64,000 bases of DNA from Takakia lepidozioides (taxonomy: Eukaryota > Plantae > Bryophyta), in assembly GCA_030704615.1 (NCBI GenBank), contig CM060733.1:73222001-73286000 (forward strand), given 5' to 3'. The translations under genes and the position numbers were made by a program. The notes under the pieces are model-generated. The model was not told the origin of the DNA and did no database searches. It saw only the letters and a program-made list of their open reading frames with translations. Below are positions 38,401 through 50,585 of this stretch, piece by piece; position 1 is the first letter of the stretch; each line of letters starts with the position of its first letter.

Positions 38401-39993
38401 CCTTTTTGAGGTCTCCACGAAACAATACACATCCACGCTCACAGGCATGGATCTGTTTGTATCCTAGACCCATCATGGCGATTATATTTTTGGCCTCATA
38501 CTGCGATTTGGGCAAGGTGTTTTGTTTGGGCAAAATCTCCAGCCTCAACAATGAAAATAACTCATCCACAAATGCGTTGGTACATCTGTGAGTGGCGCAA
38601 GAATTGAGCAACATCAATGTGGCAGTCAATCGGTTGTGAACGCTCCCATCGTATAAGGGGATTTAGGACTCTCGCATGAGTTTTCCATGGTGAAGATCAT
38701 TTGGCGCGCCTGCTTCTTCTCCGCCCATATTTTCCCCATCAGGCATTTCAGAGGGATTTGCGCCATTCTCAACAGCCTCATCATTGTCCAAGTGAAGGGC
38801 ATTTGGGGCAGGTGTGGGATTCTCCCGGAGGGTATCTGATATTTCAAATGCATCTTGCACAGCACGGGCAATCTGGCCCCGTAGCCCATTGCCGTCTTGT
38901 CCATCCAAATTGACGTCGTTTGCAACACTCTCTAGGCTACATTCAGCCTCCACTTCAGAGTCGGATGTAATGTAGCCCTGTGAACGCAAATGAAATCATA
39001 AATTGGGATACGATGAACAGGCTTTTTTCAAAACTCCCAGATTATGAAATTTCATTTAAACACTGTCATGTAAGCAAACACTTTGTAGAATTGCACTAGT
39101 TCAATACAGGTGAATGCTACAAGTCTCCCCCGCACTTGCGAATCAGGAGACGAAATTGGTCGGCCACAGACTTCATTTCGAAGCAGCTTGTGGAGCTCAG
39201 ACACAAACACAAATGAAAACTACTCTCATATAATACGGCAAAGTAGGAACACAGTTTTCATCGAAAAACAAAACAAACATACCCTCTGTGATAGAGGGAG
39301 ACATCCCCACATACAGACAGCTATCTGCACAGACCAACAAAGTGAAAGCTCTCAACAAATATGCCCAAGTGGGCAGTGCGTTGAAGGCATGACACATGGC
39401 AACAAACTGCCAAAAGCCCAAAATGCATATTGCCTTCACACATGGCAGTCAACAACGACCATGTAGTCATGACCCTGACTACATGACTCCAGTACAACCA
39501 ATGGAAGAACACCACGTAGTTGAAATGTCCATGATCCACGGTCATGAAGTCATGGACATGACTACTCTGACGCACTACCGACTACATGACTCCATCACTA
39601 CGACTCCATGACTCCAATACATCCAACGGAAGAACGACACGTAGTTCGGACTCCAGTCACTCCCACGACTGTCCAAAATGCGGACATGCGCGGGCGTGCT
39701 GCGAGCATGTCAGAGTGCGTGCGTCGTGCAAGGCGTATCGGGACTGTACACTGTCGAAGGTTTGGGTCCCTCCCATACTTTGTTAGGTGTTTTTCGGCCA
39801 TCGGTAGAAATTGCGAGATCCCTCCATGGCATATTTTGCAGTTGCACAATATTTTGCGGTGCCCTTGTGCAATGGCATGCGCCTCCTCTAGTCGCCACAG
39901 TTTCTCATCTTTCCTGCGCACATGGAGTCGTTGAGCTGTTAGCCGAAACCCCGCTCTCGTTGTATACATTGTACTTACACAGGGGGTGTGCAA
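35436..39993 (-). pseudogene. CACTA TNP2/TnpD-type transposase (transposase-associated, Transposase_21, DUF4218 and DUF4216 regions)
   Basis: ILCNCKIC...HL; IHACERGCVLF; PRNLRLGLALDGVNP; YNLPPW; IHDFPAY; DTMHCEKN; SHDYHVLMQ; RWMYPVER; PFVLPSQVEQVFF. Introns are present, with frameshifts near 38630 and 37820. Confidence 0.95.
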
Positions 39994-42900
39994 GGGTCTT
40001 TGCAGCTGATGTCAGACTGCCATGGTCAGGCCCTCCCCGTGCGGTCCTCTGACTGCGTATGAGAAGCTAAGGGAGACCTGCATTGCTCGCAACAAAGAGG
40101 TTGAGGCGGAGTTGTTTGGTTCGCACCCATTGTGAGTATACTGAGAGGCGGCTCACCCTAGTGTTGTGGCCTAAATCTCGCAGGAGAGCATTCCACCTCA
40201 ACCGGAGTGCTCAACTGACCCGAATACTTTAGTTTGGGGTTGTCAGACATCGCATTGCAGGGGCTTGCCATTAGGGTTTTTTTTTTAAAAATGTGAGAGG
40301 TCTACGGTTTAGCCTGAAATTGCCCGCATCCTTGTCTTTTGGGTTTACGAGTTTTTCTACATTCCCAGTGTTGGGATTGCATTGCTAAGTACATAGAATG
40401 ATGGTTGTGAGGCGACGCCTGTCTCCACACTATCATGGCGCACCATGAAGAGAGCGGGATTGGTTAATTTCTTCATGGGGCGAGGATTGCAGGCTTCTTG
40501 CTCTGAAACCAAAGCGTGCTTGCCATCGACCTCCACTACCCACGGGACCACCCAAACGCAATGGAAGGCTAGAAACAATGGCCGACGAGGCACGACAGTA
40601 TGTAGACAAAGACGAGGAGGAGGATTTGTTGTGTGTCCCTGCGGGCGAGCACACTGGCAATTCTAGCGAAGATATTCTTCGCCACCCAGCTCCTGCACCC
40701 TCGCTTCCCCAGAAACGCCCGTCGCCGGCAAAATCACCATCTGTAAGCACCTCCTCACTATGACGCCACATCTTCAGCATTTCTATGCATTCACATGCTC
40801 AGCATACCCATGAAGGAAGCATGCAAATGTACAGAACGTGTCTGAGACTTTCTTAGCATTCCAGGATGTAAATGCACTTCCCACACAGAAGAGGTTGAAA
40901 GGTGGAAGCCACAGAAAATCTGGCAGTGGACGTGGCACAACTTTGAATGCAATCACATTTGGAAAGTTCTCACTTTGGGAATTTCACATTGGGGAGATGG
41001 CATTGCTAGAAAAATTGGGATGTAGGAAGGAAGGGATGCCCAAGCATATAGGCAGTGAAACCCCACAATGGGATAGGAAATCAACCCCTTTTGCTATATC
41101 TTCATCGTGTACATAGTTTGGGTTAAAGTCAAAGGCTCTTACTAAGAGGTTGATACATAGTGATGTTTATGTTTACAACTAAAATGCAATGTCCATTCAA
41201 ATGAGTCCATCTACCCATTGATGCAAGTACTTGTATGCACGCTTTGATACAAGCATGCCAATGGTTTTGAGGTCTCCCCACTAGGTAGGCTTTGGAATTG
41301 GCCATGTAGATTTGGCTCAGCCCCCACTTTTCTGAATGGGTAAACAGAAGTGTGGGGCACCTGATGAGTCTGAGGGGATGAGGACCTGCTCATAGGAGGA
41401 TGAGTACAATCAAAGCTTTAAAATGGCAGGTGCACGGCGTTAATTTGTTCTAAGTTGCCATGATTTCATTTGAATGCTTTGATTGACTTTAATGTTTGAA
41501 TTGGTTTTTATTCTGTGCAGGCCAGGAAGAGGCGAGCTTCCATCGAAGGCGCTGCAGCTGTGGTGGGCAGTCCATCGGGGCGGGGGTGGGGGGGTTGTTC
41601 AAACAAGTCAACCCTGCTACAAACAAGTCCCCAAGCGCAGAACGACCACCTCCACGACCTATTCCACAGTACCCTCCGTACACACATTACCCACATGCCT
41701 ACCCCACCCCCGATCAGGTATGGCGTTGCGGGCCCTTACAACCCGCACATCCAATACAAGCCCACTCCAGGTGGTTACCCACAGCAGCCATATGCCCATT
41801 CTCCTCCACCTATTCCCCCTTAACCTCTAGACCACATGCTTACCCGGCATCTACACGTCCACCATACGAACCTTTTGGGCCATACGGTGACCGATACTGT
41901 CCCGCCCCCCAGTCCCCATGGCAACCCCCAGCTTGCCACACCACCTGAGGTGGCAAGGAAGAGAGACCCCTATGACCAAGAAGGAGCGAGCTAATGATTT
42001 TGAGAGGGGGCGGGCGAACAGGCGTGCCAGGGCAGAGGCAATCCGAGAAACCATGATGCGCGAGACGAAGATGGACTCCCCCTCAAGTGCTTCGGTTGAC
42101 AAAGCTGGAGAGCCCATTGGACCAGCACGCAATACCTGGCATGCAGCCCTCAAAGGCCAGATGTGGCGTTTGGTGACATGTCAATGCATATTGCAGCGCA
42201 GGAGGATGAATCTGTCATTGAAGAAATATATAGGATTCTAAACTCTACATTTGCATACACGCCACGTGGTTTGACTATGGCACATGAGGAAGGACCACTT
42301 GACATTGCCTTGAAAACCCAAAGACACGAGATCCATGCAATGTAAAAGGCAGGCGAGGGGAGGCCTGCACCATCTGAAGGAAGCTCATTGGGACAGGCTG
42401 GTAGTATATGGCCAGACCAGCAGGATTCAACGCAAAAAGTGCCCTCATGAAGTTGCAAATTCATCAATCAAGAAGCCTTCAAAAACAGGACGTGGTGGGA
42501 AGGCATCTGTTGAGGCTCGGCTTGTAAGTTCACACACAGCCTTTTGCCCTCTTGCCTTGGCTGATTGGTTTATAATGTGAAACAGGCTAAGTCCTGGCTA
42601 GCAGAAGAGAGTAGAAATAGAAAAGATTCTCAAGGACCTGGACCTGGACCGCAAGTATTGACCCAGCTGGATCTGATAGAATCTGACTGATAGGGGCTCG
42701 TGTAGTGTAGTTCTGAAGGCATGTCTGTTGCCATCAGATTGTCTGATGAAAATGAAGTTAGGCAGAGAACTTCCTGAAGTTGTTCCAGTCAGTGACATGG
42801 GGGTGGACATCTTGGATGACCTCAAGGGTCTACCCACAAGTTGGAGTAGACTGATGAAATTTAAACTCAGGGCAGGAAGCCTACCTTTGAACAACAAACA

Positions 42901-43226
42901 GAAGCAGAGAGGAAAGGGGAGAGTGCAATTGTCCGTAGTGTGGGCAATCTGAAGACAATATTCATTTCTGATACACTGTCCGGGGTTCTCTCACCAAAGA
43001 GACGTTGTCTTCATTCAATCAAGGGAATTGTGCCTGTACCCCTGTTTACCAACTTTGAAACTCTCGAGGCTGAGCCAAAAGCCGCGGCCCTCCTGAGGCC
43101 TAGTTTTGGGGCAAATCACACCCAACAGATTGATGCTTGTGTGAAGGTTTTTCTAGAGGATATCTGGAAAACCCGGATTAAATCTTTATATGAAGGTAAG
43201 TCTTACTACCAACGTCAACCCCTGAC

Positions 43227-46200
43227 CACTACAACAGATTGCGGCTTTTACGACTCCCATGGGTGCGCAGTCATGACAGATTTGTGGCAGAAATGCCATT
43301 TGCAGTCGTAAAATGCTTTTGAAGCATAATGCAGGTCGGGGGAAGGCGTATATGCGACTGCATGGCTCTCCGCGACTTGCGGAAACAGGTCAAACATGTT
43401 TGACCACGAATATTGGCATGGCAAATATGACTACCAGTCACGGTCATGGCTACACTAGAATGACGTGTGTATATTGCTAGAAAGACATGATGACTTCATG
43501 ACTCTTCACTCTAATGCATTCTGCCAGATCATCACATGGATGATGAATCACTACATGACTGCACATGTCAACACATGCTTTTCTGGTTATATATATAATA
43601 TATGAGTATTTATATTTTGAAAAAACGGAGACTCTGACCACTAGAATCAATTTAAAAAAAAAACAAAAATGCAATTTTTTTTTAAAAAAACACACATCGG
43701 CTGGTAAGTGCACAGTGTGTCGCCTTGGTGGTTTGGGGTTCAAACCCGCTGCCTTATCCCGTATGTGGGATTGTTCGTGACAGTATGTCTCGGCGTTGAT
43801 GTCCTGTGTACGTCTTATGGCCCATAAATGAAGGCGGGTGAATTTCCCCCCTCCTCAAGGACCTGTGGTTTCCTTTAAGAAAAGAAAAAAAAGAAAGAAA
43901 AAAAAAAAAATCAAAGAGGGGCTTTTTAGGGGTTACAAAAAGGTTTAAAGAGTTAAAAAACTTAAAAAGTTGCACCATCACGGTAGCGTGAACAGACTTA
44001 GAGCGAGCGAGCGCGGAGAGAGGGCAAACATGGCATGGGAGGCCCGCAGTTGGATCAACCTTCGCATTTGGAGCAAGCAACCCTAGAAACGCTACGGTAT
44101 GTGTGCGAGAGAGGTTTCGCTGGGAGCCGCCGTTCTTGGAGAGAGTCAGCTTCGTCTTAGCAGGCCGTGTTTTCAATCTCTACCCGCTCGGCCCTGATTT
44201 TACAGGCACGAGAGCAGAGCTGGCATGAGTTTCTAAAGATCCTTCACGATGGTGGGACAACCGCAATCGCAAAGGTGTGGCTTTTTTCTTAATGTGTACG
44301 ATGTGAAGAAGTTTGTCCATCCTGCAAATGTGGGTTGTTGGCTCCTGTTAGTACCATGATTTGGTATTCTTCCTGATGTTTTCAAGGTTCTTGGGAGAGT
44401 CAGCTGGTCTTAGCAGGCCGTGTTTCAATCTCTGCCTGCTCATCTGCACCGTGCTGGTTCTCACAGACCAATCCGACATTACCTGACTACAAGACACAAG
44501 CAGCACACACAAGAGGTCCTTTTGGGTTGATGGTCGGTCAAATCCTCTATGGTTCTTCTTCGACCTATTTCAGCCTGTTTTGCCCTTTCATCAGACTCGG
44601 CCTGAGATTGCATATTGAATTATGATGTAAGTTAGCTGGTTGCTCATTGATAAGTAGGGTTGGGGGGTGTTTGCTGGAATGATTGTTGTATGCATGATTT
44701 TGTGCAGAGGCATAGATAGCTGAAGGAGCAGGGAAGAGTGTGGAAGAGGGCCAGATTTCAAGCTCCAGATTATCTATGATTCCCTGTGGAAGGATAGATA
44801 CAAGAAACCTGCATGGCTAGATGGTCAATTGGAACGCCGCAGCAGCAGCAGCACAATTGATACAATCAAGCACTGCTAATGAAGGCACCTTCTGAAACAC
44901 ATTTCACCCTATTTCCCCTCTTATCAGAATCGGCCCTAAATTTTCATGTTCAATTCTGCAAGTTAGCTGGTTGAGTGAATCTAGTTGGAGTGACTTTGAC
45001 ATGATACTGCCAAGTGACAAGAGTATGCATTGAACCCATTGGTAGCGGGATATTGGGATATCTCTTGGCCATGTGCCATCGTCAAAGCTGAAACTGTACT
45101 AGTTGTCATTCTGACCATTGCCCTAGTGGACATGTATGCCAAATGTGGGTGCAGCAAGCCTGATGCAAAGGGAGAGTTCGACAACATGGCTAAATGAGAT
45201 GTGGTGTTGTGGACTGCCATGATTGTAAGGTGTGTGTAGCATAGGTGTGGGAGTAAGGCTTTGGAAACCTAAGAACAAATGATGTGGGAAAGGATGAAGC
45301 CAAACCAAGTCATGTTCATTTGTGTTTGTTAATATGCATATGCGAGCCAGCAGCCCTGGGAAGGGGCCAAGAGGTTCATGGTGACATCATCAAAGCTGGA
45401 ATTGTACCTGATGTCATTCTGAACATTCCCCTGGTGTACATGTATGTCAAATGCAAGCCTGGTAGCCCTGGAAAGGACGCAAAGGTCCATTATCAAATCT
45501 GGAATGTACCACTAGATGTCACTCTAAACACTGCCTTGGTGGATATGTATGTCAAATGCACGCCTGGCAGCCCTGAAAAAGGGTACAGAGGTCCACGGTG
45601 ATATTGTCAAAGCTGGTATTGTATTTGATGTGATCTGAACGTTGCCGTAGTGGACATGTATGCCAAGGTTGCAGGGTGCAACTAAAAGGATACATGGTTT
45701 TGATAATATGGTTGAATGAGATGTGGTACCAGCCTAGCCCATAATTGCACTTACCTAGAGTAGGCAATGAGTGAAGAGGGGTTTGTGATGTTGATCGTCC
45801 AAGCTGGAATTAAACAAATGTTGTTCTGAACTATGCCCTTGTGGACTTGTATGCCAAATTGGGGTGCATGGGAGGATGATGATCCCAGGATATGCACAAC
45901 AGCGGCACGGGATGGAGGCCCTTTGGAGAGGTCTATGAGCAAGTGGTGTGGGAAGGGATACTGCAGCGCAACCACATCGCGTTTGTTACATTTGCAACAT
46001 GTGTGCAAGCCTGGCAGCCCTACAAAATAACAAAGAGGTTCGTGGTGGAATTGTACTAGATGTCGATCTGAACTTTGACATGATGCCAATGTGACAACAG
46101 GAAAGTATCCAGAAACAGGTCACAGAGACGAGGAGAAGTTGTGGAATGGTGGGACAACGAGGGAAAAAGGTTAATGCCTATTAGATTATAGAGGGCAGAC

Positions 46201-47695
46201 GCAATTCAGCATAGGAACTAGTGTGATAAGCTGAGTTGGTGTTTCCTAGAACAAATGTAGGCTGTCATTATCAGCTGCAAGGCAAGGAAGTATGCATGAT
46301 TTGTGCAGAAGCAGTGATAGCTGAAAGAGCAGGGATAGAGTATGGGTCCAGATTCATCCAAGAGGGCCAGATTTCAAGCACATGATTACCTATGATTACC
46401 TGTGGATTTAGCTATAAGAAACCTGCATGGGTAGATGGTGAACTGGAAGCCGCAGGAGTAGCGGCACAATTGATAAAATCAAGCACTGCTAATAAAGGCA
46501 CCTTCTTCAACACATTTCACCCTGTTTTCCCTCTTATCAGAACCGGCCCTAAATTTCAATGTCTGCAAGTTAGCTGGTTGAGTGAATCTAGTTTGGAGTG
46601 ACTTTGACATGATATTGCCAATGTGACAACAGGAAAGTATCGAAAAACAGTTAACGGAGATGAGGGGAAGCTGTGGAATGAATACTTTTCTGACCCCAGT
46701 CAATGGTGGGACAACCGAGGCAAAAAGGTAAATGCCTGTTGGATTACAGAGAGTAACAGATGCAATTGAGAATAGGAACTAGTGTGGTAAGTTGAGTTGG
46801 GTGTTTGCTGGAACAAATGTAGGCTGTCATTGTCAGCTGCTAACAGCAATGCAAGGATATATGCATGATCTATGCAGAGGCATGGATAGCTGAAAGAGCA
46901 GGGATAGAGTGTGGGTCCAGATCATCCAAGAAAGCCGGATTTCAAGCTCCAGATTACCTATGATTCCCTGTGGAAGGATAGCTACAAGAAACCTGCATGG
47001 GTAGATGGTCATGGGTAGATGGTAGATAGTTTGGAGTGACTTTGATATGATACTGCCAAAGTGACAATAAAAAAAGTATCCATAAACAGGTAACAGTAGC
47101 AGATGCAATTCAGCACAGGCACTAAGGCAAACTCTCCTTCCCCGTAAGGGTGTGTTTTGGTATCTGAGCGAATAAATATTTTATCTAAGAATATAATTTC
47201 AAAAATTCGTTATTTAATAATGTGCCACTGTCCCATGTTGGTCAGTAATAATAATTATAATAACAAATAGTTATAATAATTATTTTAGTAATTATAATAA
47301 CAATAAAGTAAATCTACAACCCCCAACAGCGACGCGTATCAATTGACATGAGGAACCACGTGTCAAAATCACGATGCGACACATGCTGACGTCTGATTCC
47401 CTCCTCTGCAGTCGGATGGCGTCGCAGTCTGACACGTGGCGTGTTCTGTAGAGAGCACGTGTCTCTATTACACAGCGGCTGACATGGACCCGTTCAGTCA
47501 TTCAGTAATGCCAGCGTGTATGACTACCCCCACAGCTGCTCTGGCGCCACGTGACAGCCAGCCTGGAGAGTCATATCTGCCATGTCACAACTGACTAGGT
47601 CTTTACGTCTGTAGAGTCAGGAAGTCGTAAATGGCTTCCATGACTGCATTTGCAGTCATAACACAGAGACGTAAAAGCCGCAATTTGTTGTAGTG
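43227..47695. mobile_element. Complete non-autonomous CACTA element (4469 bp) with 3-bp TSD GAC
   Basis: Left end CACTACAACAGATTGCGGCTTTTACG, right end CGTAAAAGCCGCAATTTGTTGTAGTG. GAC at 43224-43226 and 47696-47698. The last ~0.3 kb is shared with the 52576 end. No transposase inside. Confidence 0.95.
45110..46030 (+). pseudogene. PLS-class pentatricopeptide-repeat (PPR) gene fragments
   Basis: ALVDMYAKCG, DVVLWTAMI, GQEVHGDIIKAGIVPDVILN and NTALVDMYVKC, with many stops and frameshifts. Confidence 0.85.
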
Positions 47696-47881
47696 GACTG
47701 AGGTAGGTTCTGTTCCTTTTGTTCCCGCTCAAACTGGGCGTGGGGTCAATGGCCAGAAGGCTACGGCAAACAACGTCTTATGAGTACAATGTATAATGGG
47801 GTGTCCATTTCCCCCATTTTACACCATGTTAGGAGGGAAGTACGAAGTGCCACTAGGCTTTGTCATTGAATTCTCCAAATT

Positions 47882-48840
47882 ATGTCCCCGGCAATCAGGT
47901 TTTTCTTGAAGGGGTGTTGCCTGTGGAGTGAACTAAAGTGTTCATTCACCTTGTCGCAAGGTGCTTGTAGGCTTTTCTTTAAGAGGGGACCTGCCTTGGA
48001 GTACAGATCTGCTATATGGGTTGATAGCTCCAACAAGGCTAAGTCTCTAGAATCCATTCAAGTGGGGGTGCTTAAGGAGTGTATGTCAGCATGCTCCAAA
48101 ACAGCCAATGTGGTTGTTCGGGGTGAGTTTGGCATTCCATCCTTAAGCTCCCGACGAGATGAATTCAAGGTCAGATGGTGGGGTCAGCTGCAACATATGC
48201 CCAACACTAGATATCCTAAGTTGATCGACTCTATATCTTGGAAACAGGACCGCCCTGTCAAACAGGCTAAGTCCTGGCAGAAGAGAGTAGAAAAGATTCT
48301 CAAGGACCTGGACCTGGATCCACAAGTCTTGACCCTGCTCGATAAATCTGCCTTAGAGGCTGTAGTGTCTGAAGCCATGTTTGTTGCCATGAGATTGTCT
48401 GATGAAATGAAGTTAGGCAGAGAACTTCCCTGAACTTCTTTCTAGTCAGTGACATGGGGGTGGACATCTTGGATGACCTCAAGGGTCTACCCACTCTCGG
48501 CACTAGACTGAAATTCAAACTCAGGGCAGGAAGCAAGCCTACCTTTGAACAGCAAACAGAAGCAGAGAGGAAAGGGAGAGTGCAATTGTCCGTTGTGTGG
48601 GCAATCTGAAGACAGTATTCATTTTCTGATACACTGTCCGGGGTTCTCTCACCAAAGAGACGCTGTCTTCAATTCAATCAAGGGAATTGTGCCTGTACCC
48701 CTGTTCACCAACTTTGAAAGTTGAGAGGCTGAGCCAAAAAGCCCAGGCCTTCCTGAGGCCTAGTTTTTGGGCAAATCACACACAGTAGATTGATGCTTGT
48801 GTGAAGGGTTTTCTAGAGGATATCTGGAAAACCCGGATTA
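47882..48840 (+). mobile_element. 5'-truncated LINE ORF2 C-terminus (post-RT region and CCHC finger)
   Basis: PALEYRSAIW...LESIQ...VRGEFGIPSL..RR...WW...RYPK, then CPLCGQSEDSIHFLIHC. Confidence 0.8.
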
Positions 48841-49925
48841 TTGGATTACTAGAAAACCCGGATTACCCGAACCTGGCAAAGTTGTGAAGTGGGTGGGGTC
48901 CTCATTTTACATACCAATCTGTAAGTGTGGATAGAGGAGGGTCTGATCAGAGTTGTCGTGCAATGATGATGTCAGGGCAGTATTTGAAACTGCAATAGTG
49001 AGAGTGAGTGTGAGTGTTAACATGACTTTTTGTGGTCATTAACATAGGGTAGTGTTGTGCTGGTGATTACTCTTCTGCATTAGCTGCATTTGTCACTCAG
49101 CTCTCTGTATTACTGCAGACATAGTGACTAGGTTAGTGGGCGCGGGGATACCAATATTGGTCGCATCCCAACAGTATGTCTGACAAACCTCTGTTCAATC
49201 ACTATTGTCACAGAATGGTATGTCGCTCGTCATGGTTGACCATGCTAGCATACTGAGCTGGTACATGACAAGTGCAGGCAAAGGAGCGAGGCCGAAGTCC
49301 ATCGTTGCATGAAATCCAGGAAGGTTCAGTAAGCAGAACATTGACCAGCGAGCGGATGGTGAGATCCACGTGATCATTCTTTCTCCCATTTTTTGTCGAT
49401 TATTTTGTTCTAGGCATTTTCCCTACCAACGGCATGATGTTCTCATGTTGTTCATGGACTTGCGTGGACCTGGCAGGAGGGGACCTCTGGGTATTCAGCA
49501 ATTGCTCGCAAAGTGGAGGATATGGAAAGAGCACAGGGTGCACAACACAAAGATATGATGGATTTGAAGGCTACAATATTGCATGTGATGATGTACCAGA
49601 AGGCCATGGCTGAGAAATTTGGGATCAGCATTTCCTCACCTGCCTTAGTGGGCTCATCCATAGCAAACAGCTCGTGCATCGCTGGCCCTTCAGCCTCAAG
49701 ACCTCTGGAGGACAGGTTTGACTTGCCTGGCATGTCACCAGGTAACGTCACTCCCGTTGATGCATTCAAGGATGATGTGCAGGTGGAGCATGTTGGCCCA
49801 GGTGGAGGGGACGACACCCCTACCAAGGAACTTACGCGTCAACCCTGGACATTTACCTTGTTTCCCCGCGGGCAGATATTACCCAGCAACCCACGGTTGT
49901 CACTTCCACTCCCAACCTTCAATTA

Positions 49926-50585
49926 ATGTCGGAGAATGTCGTGCACACAATAGTGGAGAAGGGCAAGCATTTGCTCATCCTAGATATTAATGGATTGTTG
50001 TGTGAGTGCGTCCATGTCGGGAGCGGTAATGCGTTTGTGGTTCCAAATGGCCTTGAGCACAAATTATGTGGTAGCAAGATGGTCGTTGTAAGGCCTGGTT
50101 GCAAAGCTTTTTTGGACAAGTGTTTCGAACACTTTGAAGTGGCAGCATGGTCTTGTATGCAACCACGTAACTTCCTACCCACAGTGGACTGGCTTTTCCA
50201 TGGGCACCGTGACCTTGCATTCAAGTGGGATGGGGGATATTGTGAGCAGTCCACTGACATGGATGGGAGCCTGCCCATGAAACCACGGTTTCTGAAGAAC
50301 CTATCTACAGTGTGGCGGGACAACTGTGTCTGGAATCCTGAAACCACTCTTCTTGTTGACGACACACCGAACAAGGGGTCAAAAAATCCAGCATACAGCG
50401 CCATTTTCCCACTGCCTTGGAGAAGTCGTTATGTAGAGGCGCACAATGATAATTTCCTTCTGACCAGCTTATGGCCCTTCTTGGAGGGGGCAGCTAAGGC
50501 TCCGAGCATTCCAGAATATCTCAAAGGGCAACCCACATTTGGCAACAAGCTATCAGCCCTCGAGCCATTCAACCTCGCCAGGTAA
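49926..50585 (+). CDS. FCP1-homology / NIF-like HAD phosphatase domain protein inside the CACTA element
   Basis: Uninterrupted 219-aa ORF: LLILDINGLL, VRPGCKAFL, FEVAAWS, FLKNLSTVW, TLLVDDTPNK and NPAYSAIFP. It may be an exon (possible GT donor near 50582). Confidence 0.8.
   Translation: MSENVVHTIVEKGKHLLILDINGLLCECVHVGSGNAFVVPNGLEHKLCGSKMVVVRPGCKAFLDKCFEHFEVAAWSCMQPRNFLPTVDWLFHGHRDLAFKWDGGYCEQSTDMDGSLPMKPRFLKNLSTVWRDNCVWNPETTLLVDDTPNKGSKNPAYSAIFPLPWRSRYVEAHNDNFLLTSLWPFLEGAAKAPSIPEYLKGQPTFGNKLSALEPFNLAR

Larger units (their letters stand above)
42578..47770 (+). mobile_element. 5'-truncated LINE copy (42578-43226 plus 47696-~47770), split by a CACTA insertion
   Basis: Near-identical to 48258-48840. 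Encodes KFKLRAGS and a decayed C-terminal CCHC region. The sequence resumes after the GAC TSD. Confidence 0.7.
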
